DNA from: the human T2T-CHM13v2.0 reference genome, Homo sapiens
DNA: 64,000 nucleotides
NCBI RefSeq assembly: GCF_009914755.1
Contig: NC_060925.1
Reading direction: 5' to 3' (one strand)
How positions within the stretch are numbered: the first letter of the stretch is position 1; each line of letters begins with the position of its first letter. Position numbers and translations under genes: made by a program. Below, piece by piece: positions 28,297 to 41,897 of the stretch. The notes under the pieces are model-generated. The model saw only the letters and a list, made by a program, of their open reading frames with translations, searched no databases and had not been told where the DNA came from.

Positions 28297-29103
28297 GTCC
28301 CTTTCATCAAGGTTAACGTGTCTGAAGTTTCATTTTCTAATGTTACTGTACTCAACTGAATTGACTTAGCAAATTAATTACTGTGAAGGGATTTACAGCG
28401 GCTGATGGCATAACAGGGGTGTGGGGAACTGCATGGTCTGTAGCAGGGACCTTGTCTGGCAGGTTACTGTCAAATGTAGTAACCGAGGAGAGTGGAATGA
28501 AGGGACACTACAAAGATGTGAACAGGGGTGAGGGAAGCACCAAGGATGCAAGGGAGGGCTGCTGCCACTGGGGCTGGTAACAGTGGGTGCCATTAAATCC
28601 ACCTGTAGGCGTGAAGGAGGCAGGGCAAGGGCCTATTCCCAGAGCTGGGGACAGCGGTAGTGTGGCCGCAGGAGATGGCTGCCTAGTGGGATCTGTGGCC
28701 TCCTGTAGAGGCATGGGACCGCTGTCACCTGCAGCAAGGCAGGGAGGGAGCTAGAAGATAAACACCTGCTCTTTCTCTCGCCCTCTGGCTCTTTTGTTAA
28801 CATCCCTTAACCAGAAGCTGGAGGGTAAAGGAACCTGTGGATGTAGTTGTAAAAGTCGGCCTCCCTGGGGTGCAAAGAAGAGTGGACAAAATTGGGGTCC
28901 CCAGCAGGGATGAGGATGGGAAATGTGTCCTGACAATGTCAGATGGGGCAAGGATCCATCTGTCAGCAGCCTACCCCTCCCCACCTTTGATTTGACTTTC
29001 CAAGGATATGCCTAGTAGAAAAAGTCTCCCTTTCAAGCCTATTTGCATTTTAGTGGCATCCCCTTTTTTTAATTGTGGGAAATAGCTGCCATAATTGTTG
29101 TCT

Positions 29104-29410
29104 TTTTTTTTTTTTTTTTTTTTTTTTTGAGACAGAGTTGTACTCTTGTCGCCCAGGCTGGAGTACAATGGCGTGATCTCAGCTCACCGTAACCTCTGCC
29201 TCCTGCGTTCAAGCGATTCTCCTGCCTCAGCCTCCTGAGTAGCTGGGATTACAGGCATGTGCCACCACGCCTGGCTAATTTTGTATTTTTAGTAGAGATG
29301 GGGTTTCTCCATGTTGGTCGGGCTGGTCTTGAACTCCCGACCTCAGGTGATCTGCCCACCTCGGCTTCCCAAAGTGCTGGGATTACAGGCATGAGCCACT
29401 GTGCCTGGCC
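29104..29410 (-). mobile_element. AluSp-like
   Basis: tttctccatgttggtc diagnostic; TSD ccataattgtt. Confidence 0.95.
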
Positions 29411-29807
29411 CATAATTGTTTTAATTGTGGGAAATGCTAAGTCATAATGTAGAGCCCTTTAATGCTCCAAGGTGACGGGGCAGAGATGGGACAGATGAAA
29501 CAAAATGGGATAGACAATAGTGGTCTTGTTAGCTCAGAGGCAATGATTGTCCAAAGAAAGACACTGTCTAGGGACAAAGTTAGAAAGAAAGAATCATATT
29601 AAAGGAAAAGAGGTGAGGGGGATTCCAGTTAGTGGAGAGAAAGTGCTGGAGAAAGACTTGGGAAGATGACTGGACTCAATCCTGAGGGAAGAGATTAGCG
29701 TAACAAATTTCTGAATGTGAGAATTAGAGAGGGAAAAACAGTGTCTTCCTTACAGGATTGTGGTGAGGAGCAAATGAATCAACGCATGAGCAAAGGATGG
29801 TCGCATC

Positions 29808-30531
29808 TGTGAAAGGAAATTCAATCTCGGGACCCCAAAATCCTACACCAAAGAGAAAAGTCAAGCTGGGAACTGCATCAGGCAAACCTGCCTCCCATTT
29901 AATTGCTAAATAAGATAGCTACAAAGATTTTTTAAAAAGGAAAAAAAAACTACATATCTCCATCACAATTTGCCCGCAAGGAAATTTTTATGGGCCTCAA
30001 GATCTTTACCCTGAAACGGTTCTGTTGAATTTCACTTTGGAAATGTAAGTTGATAGCTGATCTTCACAACTGCGGGACAAAGGACAGAACTCAAAGTCAT
30101 CCCTCTGCTCACCTGAGACAAATGCATATCTGATTGCTTTCTCTGCCTTACTGTTTATGCAAAACTGCAGATGCACTGAGGCTAAGTGATCATTCCTCTA
30201 CCCACCCCTCACATGTAAATCGTGTATTCAGTGAAAGGCTGATAAAAGACTGGAAAGACTGCAACCATTTGTCTCTTACCTACCTGTGATCTGGAAGCCC
30301 CCGCCCCCGTGCTTTGAGTTGTCCTGCCTTTCCAGACCAAACCAATGTACGTCTTACACATATTGATTGATGTCTCATGTCTCCCTAAATGCATAAAATC
30401 AAGCTGTGCCCCAACCACCAGGGCACACATTGTCAGGCCCTCCTGAGGCTGTGTCACAGGTGTGTCCTTAACCTTGGCAAAATAAACTTTCTAAATTGAT
30501 CGAGACCTGTCTCAGATACTTTTGGTTCACA
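29808..30531 (+). mobile_element. MER4A-type ERV1 solo LTR inserted in a MIR
   Basis: TG...CA ends, tgtgaaaggaaa...gtcaagctgggaactgc, AATAAA near the 3' end. Confidence 0.85.
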
Positions 30532-30738
30532 CATATAAAGCACTGTATGCATATATAATGTATAACAGCAGCAGCAGCAATTATAAGAACAATAACAGCC
30601 ATTTAGTTTGGGATACAGGGAGACGCTGGATTAATTTCAGCTTAACTGATAGTGTGTGACTATTTATTGTCAGTACCATCCATAATAAGCAAAAGGAACT
30701 TTATTTTCTCAACTAAAGGTAGAGGACCCAGGATATGA

Positions 30739-31068
<330 letters not shown>

Positions 31069-31484
31069 CAGACATGTTAATTAAAGTGGAAAAGTTTGTA
31101 CCTTCAGCTTTACCAAGTTCTAGATTCGTTCTCTGCTTAATTCATCCCATAAGAGTCTCAGGAATGTGGTAGTTTTTTGCACCATAACTGTCTGACCAAG
31201 ATGAGTCTCTTAGGAGTGTGGAGGAGAGCTTGGGGACAGAATTCTGTTCCTAAGGAGAGACCCTGTTTAAGTCCTTTGATGTGGTCGTAGCACCGAATGA
31301 GGTTGCTATATATACAGGTAGCAATCTTGAAGAGCTTTTATTTGGTGGAGTTTTCAAACCCCATGCCTCCCAGTACCCCATCCTTTAGCTACAAGGAAGA
31401 ACATCGGCCTCTTTACTACATCTTGGACAATGCCTTCTCTATGATTCTCCCTGCCTCCTCCTCCTTCTCTCTCTCTCTCTCTCT

Positions 31485-31788
31485 TTTTTTTTTTTTAAGA
31501 GACAGGGTCTTGCGTGTTGCCCAGCCCGGAATGTAGTGGTGCAATCAGAGCTCACCATAACCTCTAACTCCTGGGTTTATGTGATCCTCCCACCTCAGCC
31601 TCCTGAGTAGCTGGGACTACAGGAATGGCCACCTAGCCCAGCTAATTACATTTTTTTTTTTTTTTTTTTTTGTAGAGATGGTGTTTCATGTTGCTCAGGC
31701 TGGTCTCGAACTCCTGGTCTCAAGTGATTCTCCTGCCTCAGTCTCCCAAAGTGCTGCGATTACAGGCATAAGCCTATTATGCCCAGCC
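31485..31788 (-). mobile_element. AluJ
   Basis: Reverse diverged dimer. Confidence 0.9.
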
Positions 31789-31799
31789 TCTACTTACTG

Positions 31800-32846
31800 T
31801 TTAAATGTACCTTTCCTCAAGTTTTATCTTCCCATGTTTTCCTGCTCAGATTCTCTGTCTGAGGGGGCTCACCTATATTCACCTCTAAATTTCTTGTGGC
31901 TAACAGATTTCCAGTGGTCTCCTGGATATTTTCCCATGCATTTCTCTTCCGTAACTAAAACTTAGCACACTTAATTTAACATGTCATCCTGCATACTGCT
32001 CCTCTTGCCGTATTTACTTATCATGGCTATTAGGACTTCTACCCTTGCTTTCATTTGGGCCAGAAGCCTCAGTCGTCTTCCATTTCTTGTTCTCCATTCT
32101 CTTTAAACTCCAGGGTCTCTTGACATCCAAATCATCAATTGCCAAGTTCTGTCCTTTCTTCCTTTGAACTTTCTTCCCAGTCCAATACCTTGATTCTGCT
32201 ATAATTTAAGTACTTTTTGACTCTTATGGATTATTTCAGTAGCTTCATGACATATCAAATTTCCAACTTCGACTTTTCTTCATTGTTGCATGAGTTATCT
32301 TTCTCTCTGATCCAGTTCAGATAGTTTTACCTCCTCAGAATCATCAGTGGCTCCTTGCTCTCCAAGATACGTGGTTCAGTTCCAGGCTGGGACTTTACAA
32401 CGCTCTAGGATTCAGTCCCAACCTACCCTATGCCTTCCTTATGCCCCATGCTGGTCACTGCCCCATACTGGCCATACTGCACTACTTGCCCTTCACTAAA
32501 TATGCCATTCATACCTCCATGTTTTTGCTTATGCTATCCGTGAGAGGTAGACCCACCTCTCTACCTTTCCCTGTGCCACCTAGTTAGAACTAATCATTCC
32601 CTACTTTGTCTTTCTGTATTTTGAACTTTGTCTTTCTGTATTCTGTTTCTATATTTTGCTTATTTTCTATTCTAGTACTTCTTCTGAGAAGTACTATATG
32701 CTTTATATTATAGTTAATTGCCTTCCCTCCAGATTGTAAGCTCCTTGAGGGTGCACTGAATTTTATTCCTTTCTGTATTCGTGTAACATTGATCACACAG
32801 AGCTTTACTCATAGTAAGCCTCTCAATAAATATCAATGAATGAATG
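31800..32846 (+). mobile_element. L2
   Basis: Pyrimidine-rich body, agattgtaagctccttgaggg, ends caataaata...aatgaatgaatg. Confidence 0.75.
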
Positions 32847-35666
32847 GGTACTATTCACAGCACACAACATGGGTAATTGGGAGGCTGGCCTTGAAGTATG
32901 TCTCATAGCTTCAAAATTTCTGATCTTTCTTCACCGTAGCTAAAAGTTCAAAAGAAAATCATCTAGTTCCTGGGGAAGTATCCTACGGGCCAACTTACAT
33001 GGAAATGCAGCTGCACTCTCGTTTCATTTTGCTCCTGTGGTTTTGTCTCATGGCCCTGACTTGAAATTTCAGTTGGAAACTTGAAATGCAACCAAAGTAG
33101 TTTCTTCTGTGTCACCCAATAATAAGGCTTTCTAAACCCTTCAATTTTACTCAAACATTTCTCTTGAAAATCAGCTCTGCTGCAAAGTGGGGCTAATTCA
33201 ATCGCCACCCATGCGGATGTAGTTGTGAGGATGAGTTTAAATGGGACATTTTTAGACTCTCCAATATGTCAACAAGTTAAAAGTTTCATTCATTTAAAAA
33301 ATGTAAATAAATGCAGCTGCATCTGGCTATATGGACATTAAAGTGAGATCGTGGTTCTAAACCAAGTGACAAGATGCTGCAAACTGAGGGAGATACCCAG
33401 CTTTGAAGATAATTTAAGAAGCATTAATAAATATATTTAGAAAACTCATGCAGCCAAACCCCTACCTCCAGCTCATGTTTTTTTACCCTGTAAGCTAGCA
33501 GAATTTGTAATGACAGCTTAAGAACAACAAATAAAGAACTGGCTGCTTACCAAAACCAATTAAGTGGTGAGAAAAGGAAGTCACATGCATTAAACTTGCA
33601 TGTTGGAATTCTCCATTATTGGACTTAAAATAATTATACAATTTCATACTTAAAGTAATTATACAATTTTGCATTTCTCATTAGAATATTTTTATAGAAT
33701 TAAACAGTGTTCAACTTTCGAAAACTAGATTTCCAGAAATCAGCCTGCAAGTCTGTTTGCTTGAAGATAGAACGCATTTTCTTATAAAAATGGTATTATA
33801 AATGCAGGTGGGTACCCAGATTAGCCCACTAAAGTCATTCATACTCATTTATATTGATGCCATATGATGTATTTACAAGAAAAAATTAAGTAAAAAATTC
33901 CATTGCTGTATTGGCATGTATGTAAGTAATTTAATCTCCCATCTCTGAAATTTATTAAGAAAGGTTTTCATTTTTACTAAATGGTGAATGAAAAGCACAG
34001 CGGAAAGCAGATTTAATTAAGGGCTGAAAATATAGATGAGTACCGTGGTGGAGATTCCGAAGGGAAATTTGGGCCCTTTCCAGGACTTTCTAATTTGATG
34101 CTACTGGCTCTTTATGACATTAAGTGTCACTTCCAAATTTATGGCTTTCCTTTTTCCTCATATGGTTGTATCACTGGCACTACTTTAGGCTTATCATACA
34201 TGATTAGGGTCATTTTTCTTTGGCTTACAAATGGAAGAAAAAGGGGACAAAATGGGACATTTTCTTCTGAGATAATTGAGCAAAAGTTAGATAAGAGGAA
34301 AGAGGGAGAAAAGGCCCTTAAAAAGGATGTGCATGCATATTAAAAATAAATTTCCTATAGTGGTTACCCTGAGCTGAGTCAGCAAAAATGCATGATTTCC
34401 TAAAGAAGAAAGAAGCTATTCATTAGATTTGAGAGTTCTTTGCAGTCCCAAGCCATGCTATTGCTTCTCAAAGGGTAGAGGCTACCAGAGGAACAAGCAC
34501 AGAAAGAGCTCTGTATGCAACTGGCTATTCTTTTTTAGAGAAGATTCACAAATTGGGTGTTTATAGCTTTGCAATTCATGGTACTCTGTCATTAACTAAT
34601 TTTGTGAGCATAACTATGATTTATTTCTCTTTCATTTTCCATACACAGAAAACGACTGTATTTTATCTTATTTTTAAAAAATCTTAATGTCTCTCACTCT
34701 TTGTAAGCATCACCTCCAATGGACTCCAAAACTCATGGCCCCTCCAATTCAACTTGCTACTGCTGTTTAGATAATACTTTTCAGAATCTTCCCCAGCCAA
34801 GACAAGTCCAGTGGCTTCCAATTTTCTTCACACGTTGAAACTTTTCTGCCGGATGTTCAGGGCCTCCATAGAATGGCTTCACACTTCCCAGTCAAGCCCA
34901 CACCTCCTCCACTTCCTATCAGATGCCTCTGCTCTGGTTTGGCCAGAATCTTTCCTATTGTTTGAAAATGCCACAACCATTCCAGCTTCTATGCATCATC
35001 AATTCATGTTTTCCTTCTTAAAATTCATTCTTTTTCCTCCTTGGCTACCTAAATTCCATCTATTTGTAGGAAGCAACATTTGGGGTGTCTATTCTACGTA
35101 ACAATAATTTTGGGCAATGAAGCCCTAGCAACGATTTTGTACTACATGACCCTGCTTTCTTAGCCACACTTGATTGGACTAACAGAGTACCTATGACCTA
35201 AAATGGAATGATCAAACTCTCTTCCCTAGGAATTTGGAAATGGAACTGAAAACCAGTGTGGGTGTCTGAAGATGGAACATGTGACTTAGGAACACGAAAT
35301 AGAATAGCCACATTCTATTTTCTGGAAGAGAAACTATGGCAGCCTCATGGTAGAAAGAGAAAGAGTGTATGTAATAGAGTACTTGGTAGAAAATAGCAGA
35401 AACAAATTCTAGTTAACTTAGCAGAAAATATTTACTCTAAGGATATGATGTAGCTCATAGGATCAATGAGAAGGCTAGGAACCAGGTTTGGAGAATGGAC
35501 CAAGAGAGATTAGGCAGCCCAAAGACAGCCAAGGCGTCTTCCTAGGAACAGTCCAGTTAGAATGCCACTGTAAGCTCCACTCTTGCCTCTTCTCGTCAAC
35601 CCCTCCATATAGTAGCTGCAGTGATCTTTCTAAAATTTAACTCAGATTATGATATTCTTCTGCTAT

Positions 35667-36428
35667 TGTATAATAATTTCTCTGGTCTTTGTCCTAGTTC
35701 CTGGCATGGAGACTCTAATACCATTGGAATTTTCCAAGTTGTCTTTGTTATCCATGGTGGGTCCTGATTGCTTATGCTAATGAGGTGACTCATGCTAGGC
35801 CTCTAGACAGCTTCTGCAAATGAGAAGATTCAGGATGTGGGTAGGCTGAGTCAGAAAGACCAACCATGAGATTAGAAGGTTGGAGCTTTGAGCTATGTGA
35901 TATCAGCCGGATCTCTGGAGAGGGGAGGGAAGCTGGAGATTGAGTCTAATCATGTGGGCCAATAATTCATTGAAACATGCCTGGGTAACGAAATTCTAAT
36001 AGAAACTCAACACAGAAGTTTAGTGGAGCTTCCTGGTTGGTGCTGGGAGGGTGACACGTCCTGATTCTATGGGGAAAGAGGGCACAGGAGCTCTATGTGT
36101 GGGATCCTTCTGGATCTTGCCCTGTGTGTCTGTTTGTTTGCCTGCTTCGGATTTGTATCCTTTATCATAAAACTGTAATTACCAGTACTCTCCTGCGTAC
36201 TTTAGTTCACGGGAGTTCTGTGAGTCATTCTAACAATTAACAAACCTGAGGGGGCCATGAAAATCTTAGAATTTGTAGCTAGTTGGTCAGAAGTGTGGGT
36301 GGTCTGAAGACCCTCAAACTTGCAGCTGGTTTCTAAATAGGGACAGTGCTGTTGGAGACCATGCCTTTTGGCTTGTGGAGTCAGTGCTGACTCTGGGTGG
36401 TTAGTGTCAGAATTGTATTGCATTACAC
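35667..36428 (-). mobile_element. MER21-family LTR inserted in L2
   Basis: ttatgctaatgaggtgactc, gaaagaccaaccatgagattagaagg, gtgtcagaattgtattg; strand inferred. Confidence 0.7.
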
Positions 36429-38637
36429 CACCTGCTTAGCACTTCCAAATGGTTTTTATTAGACCAGAATAAAACAAGTGTTCACAATGGCCTGCAGTGA
36501 CCTTGCCAGACCTGCTTCCTGCCTGTCTCCCTGGCCTTACCTCCCTCTACTCTCCTCCATATGCACTGCATTCCAGGATGACATTTCTTCTGTCCCTCGC
36601 ACACACCAAGCTGACTCCATTTCAGTGCTTTGCACTTGCTCTTTCCTCTGCTTGGAATACCTTTCTTCCAGATCTTTGTGTGGACTTCTTTGAGGGTAGA
36701 AGTACTGTTGGTCTGGTTCACTTTTATACCCAAGACCTACAGCAGTAACTGGATTGGTTGATTGATTATACACTCATAGGTCACATAAGAGATCTGGGTG
36801 GGTCTGTTCATTATAATTCTGCAACCTACAGGATCAGATTCTAGGTCTGTCTTTTTAGCTAAATTGGCTCTTTGGCTGTTAAGAGATAAGAGGTTCTTTC
36901 TGTGCTGTTATCAAAGCTTTTTGGCTCTTGGACCATGGCATTAGCTGAGATATTTAAGCCCCAAGTTTGTAGTTTTCTTTCTGTGAACTCACCAGTGCAT
37001 TCAGAAATAGTCAGTTCATTCAGAGTCTTTATATTTATTGCTCCCTCCAAAATAGTTGCAATCACCACTTGGTCTCCACAGGGAGAAGGAAGCCTTACCT
37101 TCCATATGCACTTCATCTCAAGCAGTCAGCAGTGATAATTTAACTAACAATTTGCTACAGCATCCCATGGACTACCAGTATCTTATTTTCCACTGGCATT
37201 GAGGTCATCATCTCATGCACGTCAACTCAGATAATCAATCCCAGATCCTATCTTTGAATCAGTTTCCTGGAGCTATTTTAGGAATATTTTGTTTATTCAG
37301 GGAAGCAAAACTGCTCTATGTTTTTAAAATAGGGAGTTCAATTCAGGAAATTGGTAACAGAGGTCTTGGAATGGTGGGAGAACAAAGAGGAAGGCAAAAT
37401 GACTCAAAGATTGGTAATTTTAGGACGCCACTCCACCTCTAGGGCTGAGTGCACAGAAGCGAACACCATGTCACCAGAGCCCATGACCGCTGTGCTGCTG
37501 AGGCTGCTGCTGATGGAACTTGACTGCCCAAGGAGGAACTCAAGAGCTCTCAGTTACTCTTGGCACTACTACGACCACCACCATTATTGCTTTTGTCACT
37601 GCTGTCACTATTGTTGTTGCTATTGCTGCTGTCACTGCTAGAATCAAGAAAACACATGGCTTCTCCCTGCCTCCTACTTTCCAGTATCCTGCCACTGCCT
37701 CCCATGAGCATAATCAGCTGGCAGATGAGTCTGGAAAATGTAGTCTTCAGGCTTCTGGCCTGAGGGAGGAAGTAGAGTGGGGTGAGTGTTAGCTAAGAGA
37801 CCATGGATTCCATGTGGCACAAACTCAGAGGTCCTGCTCAGATAAGCCTTCCTTGCCCCTGATACCAGAGCAGATCACGCTGAGCTCACTCTCAAAGCCA
37901 TTGGCACTTTCTTCTCATAGAAGTTCCTACAGTTTGTGATTGCATATTGCAATGTATATGTACAAACGTATGTGTGTATCTCCTATGTGTGCAGAAGCTC
38001 CCCAAAGGCAATGACTGTGTAGCTTTTGCTGTCCACCATACCTGTAGCTCCTACACATGGTGGGGACTCAAATGTGTGTTGAACCAATGAACGGCTTCAA
38101 ACAGCTCTGCCTTTCTGCCCATCCTTCACCCTTGTCTCTTCTCTCATCTTAATTCAGTCCCTTTCTATTATAACGTTCAGATTCTACAATGAACTGTGAG
38201 ACTTGGAGTGAGAAATGAGCTTTTAGATGAGTTCTCATCATCTTTAAAAATACGTATTTCACAACAGTATCAGTTAGGCTACCCAAATTCCCAGGCATTC
38301 TAGTCCTTTCAGAATTCCTGCCCCTCAGCATGAACATGCAAGTCTGTGTGTCCCTCCTCTTTTCAGGTCACATTAAGCTTAGGTGTCGGGTTGGAAGACT
38401 AGGTGCCATAGGAAGGATATAAAGGCAGTGGCTGTAAGAACAAACATCATTAAGTTCTTGGCGGAGGAAGAAGGGGCACAGAGGAGGGGATTTATGTGAA
38501 TAAAGAGTCTGGGTCAGGGCCTTGTGGCCTTGAACAAAGTGTGATGAAGAGGGTAATTTCCCCTGAATCAGCTTGAACATCAGGCTTCTAGTCACTATTT
38601 GGCTTTTGCAACATTAAAAATTACTATGTGGCTTAGT

Positions 38638-38997
38638 GTGCTAGGGCTGCTGTAACACAATACCACGGACTGGGTGGCTTCACTATAGAAACGGATTTTC
38701 TCCTGTTCTGGAGGCTGGGAAGTCCAACATCAAGGTGTTGGCAGCTTTGGTTTCTCCCGAGGCCCCTCTCCTTGGTTTGCAGGTGGCTTCCCAGGGTTTC
38801 TCTGTGTGTTTGTGTCCTAAGCTCCTCTTCTTATAAGGACACCAGTCATACTGGGTTAGAGCCCACCCTAATGACCTCATTTTAACTTAATTACCTCTTT
38901 AAATACCTTATCTCCAAATGCAGATACATTCTGAGTTACTTGGGATTAGGACTTCCAACACATGAATTTTAAGGGAACACAATTCAGTCCCTAACAC
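38638..38997 (-). mobile_element. MLT1A/B LTR
   Basis: ctagggctgctgtaacacaataccac...ttataaggacaccagtcata...cacaattcagtccctaaca. Confidence 0.85.
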
Positions 38998-40042
38998 CAA
39001 AGCAGCAAGCTTTGTTTCATTCTTGTATGTTTGGATACAACTTTTATGGAAGTTTTTCTCAAACGGAAATCCCAATATATGAAGTTATATCTCCCATGCT
39101 GTTAATTTCCAGAAGGCTTACAGGGAGAACTGAAATGGTTTGCAAACAAAAATGACAATAGAACACAGTAAGATGCTGCACTTCCCGCTCTCCCAAGACA
39201 CCCAGCCTCCAAACTGCACTGTGGTGCCATCAGTTAGCATGAATTAGGAGAGACACGAGGTTAGACAGCCCAGCACGTTGTAGTCAACCTGGAGGGGGTA
39301 ATGAATGCTGAGCAGCGTCAGGGGAAATTAGGAGGAGAGGTCACAGAGGTGTGGTGGAGCTGGAGTCTCATGCCTTGGTGAGAAGTGGAGAACAAAGAAA
39401 AGGGAGGAGTTCCATTCTGACCCAGTGTGTGTCACTTGGTTTAGCAAATTTATAATCATGGGTCCCAGAGAAAATTTATGTAAAATACCCTTATCCAACC
39501 CACTGCTCCAGGAAGCACCTATTTTTCATGCCTTCTGTGAGTTGTCAAAATGTATCTTCCAACTTTAATGAAACTCTAAGGTCAGCAGAGCCTCAGCTTT
39601 GACAAATAAAACCATTCAAGTCTGTATCTCCCTCATTGTCCTCCAGTGATCCTCATGGAACACCTTTCCTGAAGAGATGATGATGGGGCCATTTGACATG
39701 GGACACAGCAGGTGCTGGAAGAAGCACATATTTTTAGTGACAAAGACTGTGACTATGGTAAGCCAGAAAGAAGACACTCAACCACTGAATTAGGACTTTT
39801 GAAGTAGTAATTGGTAGTGGTAAGATGGGTGAGTGAGTACCTAATGGGCCCACCTGTGTGCATACACGCAAGGTTGTCTCCATGCTGGAGGCTGAATGAA
39901 CAAAAGAATATTATCTCCAAAATTGCAAGATTTCCTAACAACTGGAGATGTTCCAGCTTCTCTGGCAATTTGGCAGATGACTGGGGAAGAATAAAGAGGG
40001 CCCTGTAATTCTCAATTAATCTGGAAATAATGCCAGAAATTC

Positions 40043-41890
40043 CTCCTAATACCACAGTGGGTGTACACCCTGTAATATCATTCATAATATCCGAAAGGAG
40101 ATATTACTCCAAATATCACAGTGGGTGTACACCCTGTGACAGTATTCGTAATATCTGAAAGGAGATCTTACCCCTAATATCACAGTGGCTATATACCCTG
40201 TGATATTATTCATAATATCTGAAAAAAGATATTACCCCTAATATTACAGTGGGTGTACACACTGTGATCGTATTCATAATATCTAAGGGAACTATTATTC
40301 TTAATATCACAGTGGGTGTACACCCTGTGATAGTATTAGTAATAATTAAGGGGGGTGAAACACCCTGTGTGTACACCCCCTGTGATATTCTTCATAATAT
40401 ATAAGGGAGATGTTACTCCTAATATCACAGTGCGTGTACACCCCGTGATATTATTTGTAATATCTAAGCGAGGTATTACTCCTAATATTACAGTGGGTGT
40501 ACACCCCATGATATTATTCATATATCTACTAAGGGAGATATCACTTTTAATATCACATGGGTGTATACCTCGTGATATTATTCATAATACCGAATGAGAT
40601 ATTACTTCCAATATCACAGTGGTGTACATCCTGTGACATTATTTGTAATATCTAAAGAAGATATTATTCCTAATATCAAAGTGGGAGTATACCCTGTGTG
40701 TACACCCCATGATATTGTTTATAGTATCTAAGAGAGATATTACTCCAATATCACAGTGGGTAGACACCCTTTATGTACACCTGGTGATATTATTTGTAAG
40801 ATCTAAGGGAGATATTACTCCTAATATCACAGTAAGTGTACACCACATGATATTATTCATAACATCTCAGGGAGATACTTCTCCTAATATCACAGTGGGT
40901 GTACACCCCGTGATGTTATTTATAACGTATAAGGGAGATATTATTCCTAATATCACAGTGGGTGCATACCCTCGGATATTTTTTGTAATATCTAAGGGAT
41001 ACATTACTCCTAATATCACAATGGGTGTACACCCTGTGATATTATAGGCAATATCTTAGGGAGATATTACTCCTAACATCACAATTAATGTACACCCTAT
41101 GTGTACACCTTGTGATATTACTCGCAATATCAAAGGGAGACATTACTTTCAATATCACAGTGGGTGTACACCCTGTGATATGATTAGTAATATTTAAGGG
41201 AAATATTTCTCCTATTATCACAGTAAGCATTCACCCTGTGTGTACACCCTGTGATATTATTTGTAATATATAGGGGAGATGTCACTCCTAATATAACAGT
41301 GGGTATATACCCTCTGATATTATTCATAATATCGATAAAAGATATTACATTTAATATCACTGTCAGTGTACATCCTGTGATATTATTCGTTATTTCTAAA
41401 AAGATGTTGTTCCTAATATCATAGTGGGAGTACACTCTGTGTGTACATCCTGTAATATTATTTGTAATATTTAAGGGAGATATTACTGCCACTATCATGA
41501 TGGCAGTACACCCTGTGTGGACACCCTGTGATATTATTAGTAACATCTAAGGGAGATACTACTCTTAATATCACAGGGGGTGTACACCCTGTGTGTACAC
41601 CCTGGCACATTGTAGCATTTCAAGGTGACACTACTCATAATATAACAGGGGGTGTACACCCTGTGTGTATACCCTGGGACGTTATTCGTAGTATCCCAGG
41701 GAGATACTACTTGTAATATCACAGTGGTTATACACCCTGCTTGTACATTCTAGGACATTGTTCGTAGTATTCAAGGGAGATACTTTTCATAGCATCACAG
41801 TGTGTGTACACCCTGTGTGTACACCCTGGGACATTATTCATAGTATCCCATGGTGATACTACTCGTAATATCACAGTGGTGTACACTTTG
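40043..41890 (+). repeat. SATR1/SATR2-like satellite, domain A (~63-64 bp unit)
   Basis: Tandem gatattactcctaatatcacagtgggtgtacaccctgtgatattattcataatatctaaggga; some units carry an internal gtgtacaccct duplication. Confidence 0.9.
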
Positions 41891-41897
41891 TGTACAC

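Noticed and set aside
37351-37792. Cys/His/Leu-rich ORFs
   Set aside because: Degenerate trinucleotide low-complexity sequence in probable old MaLR LTR; open in several frames.
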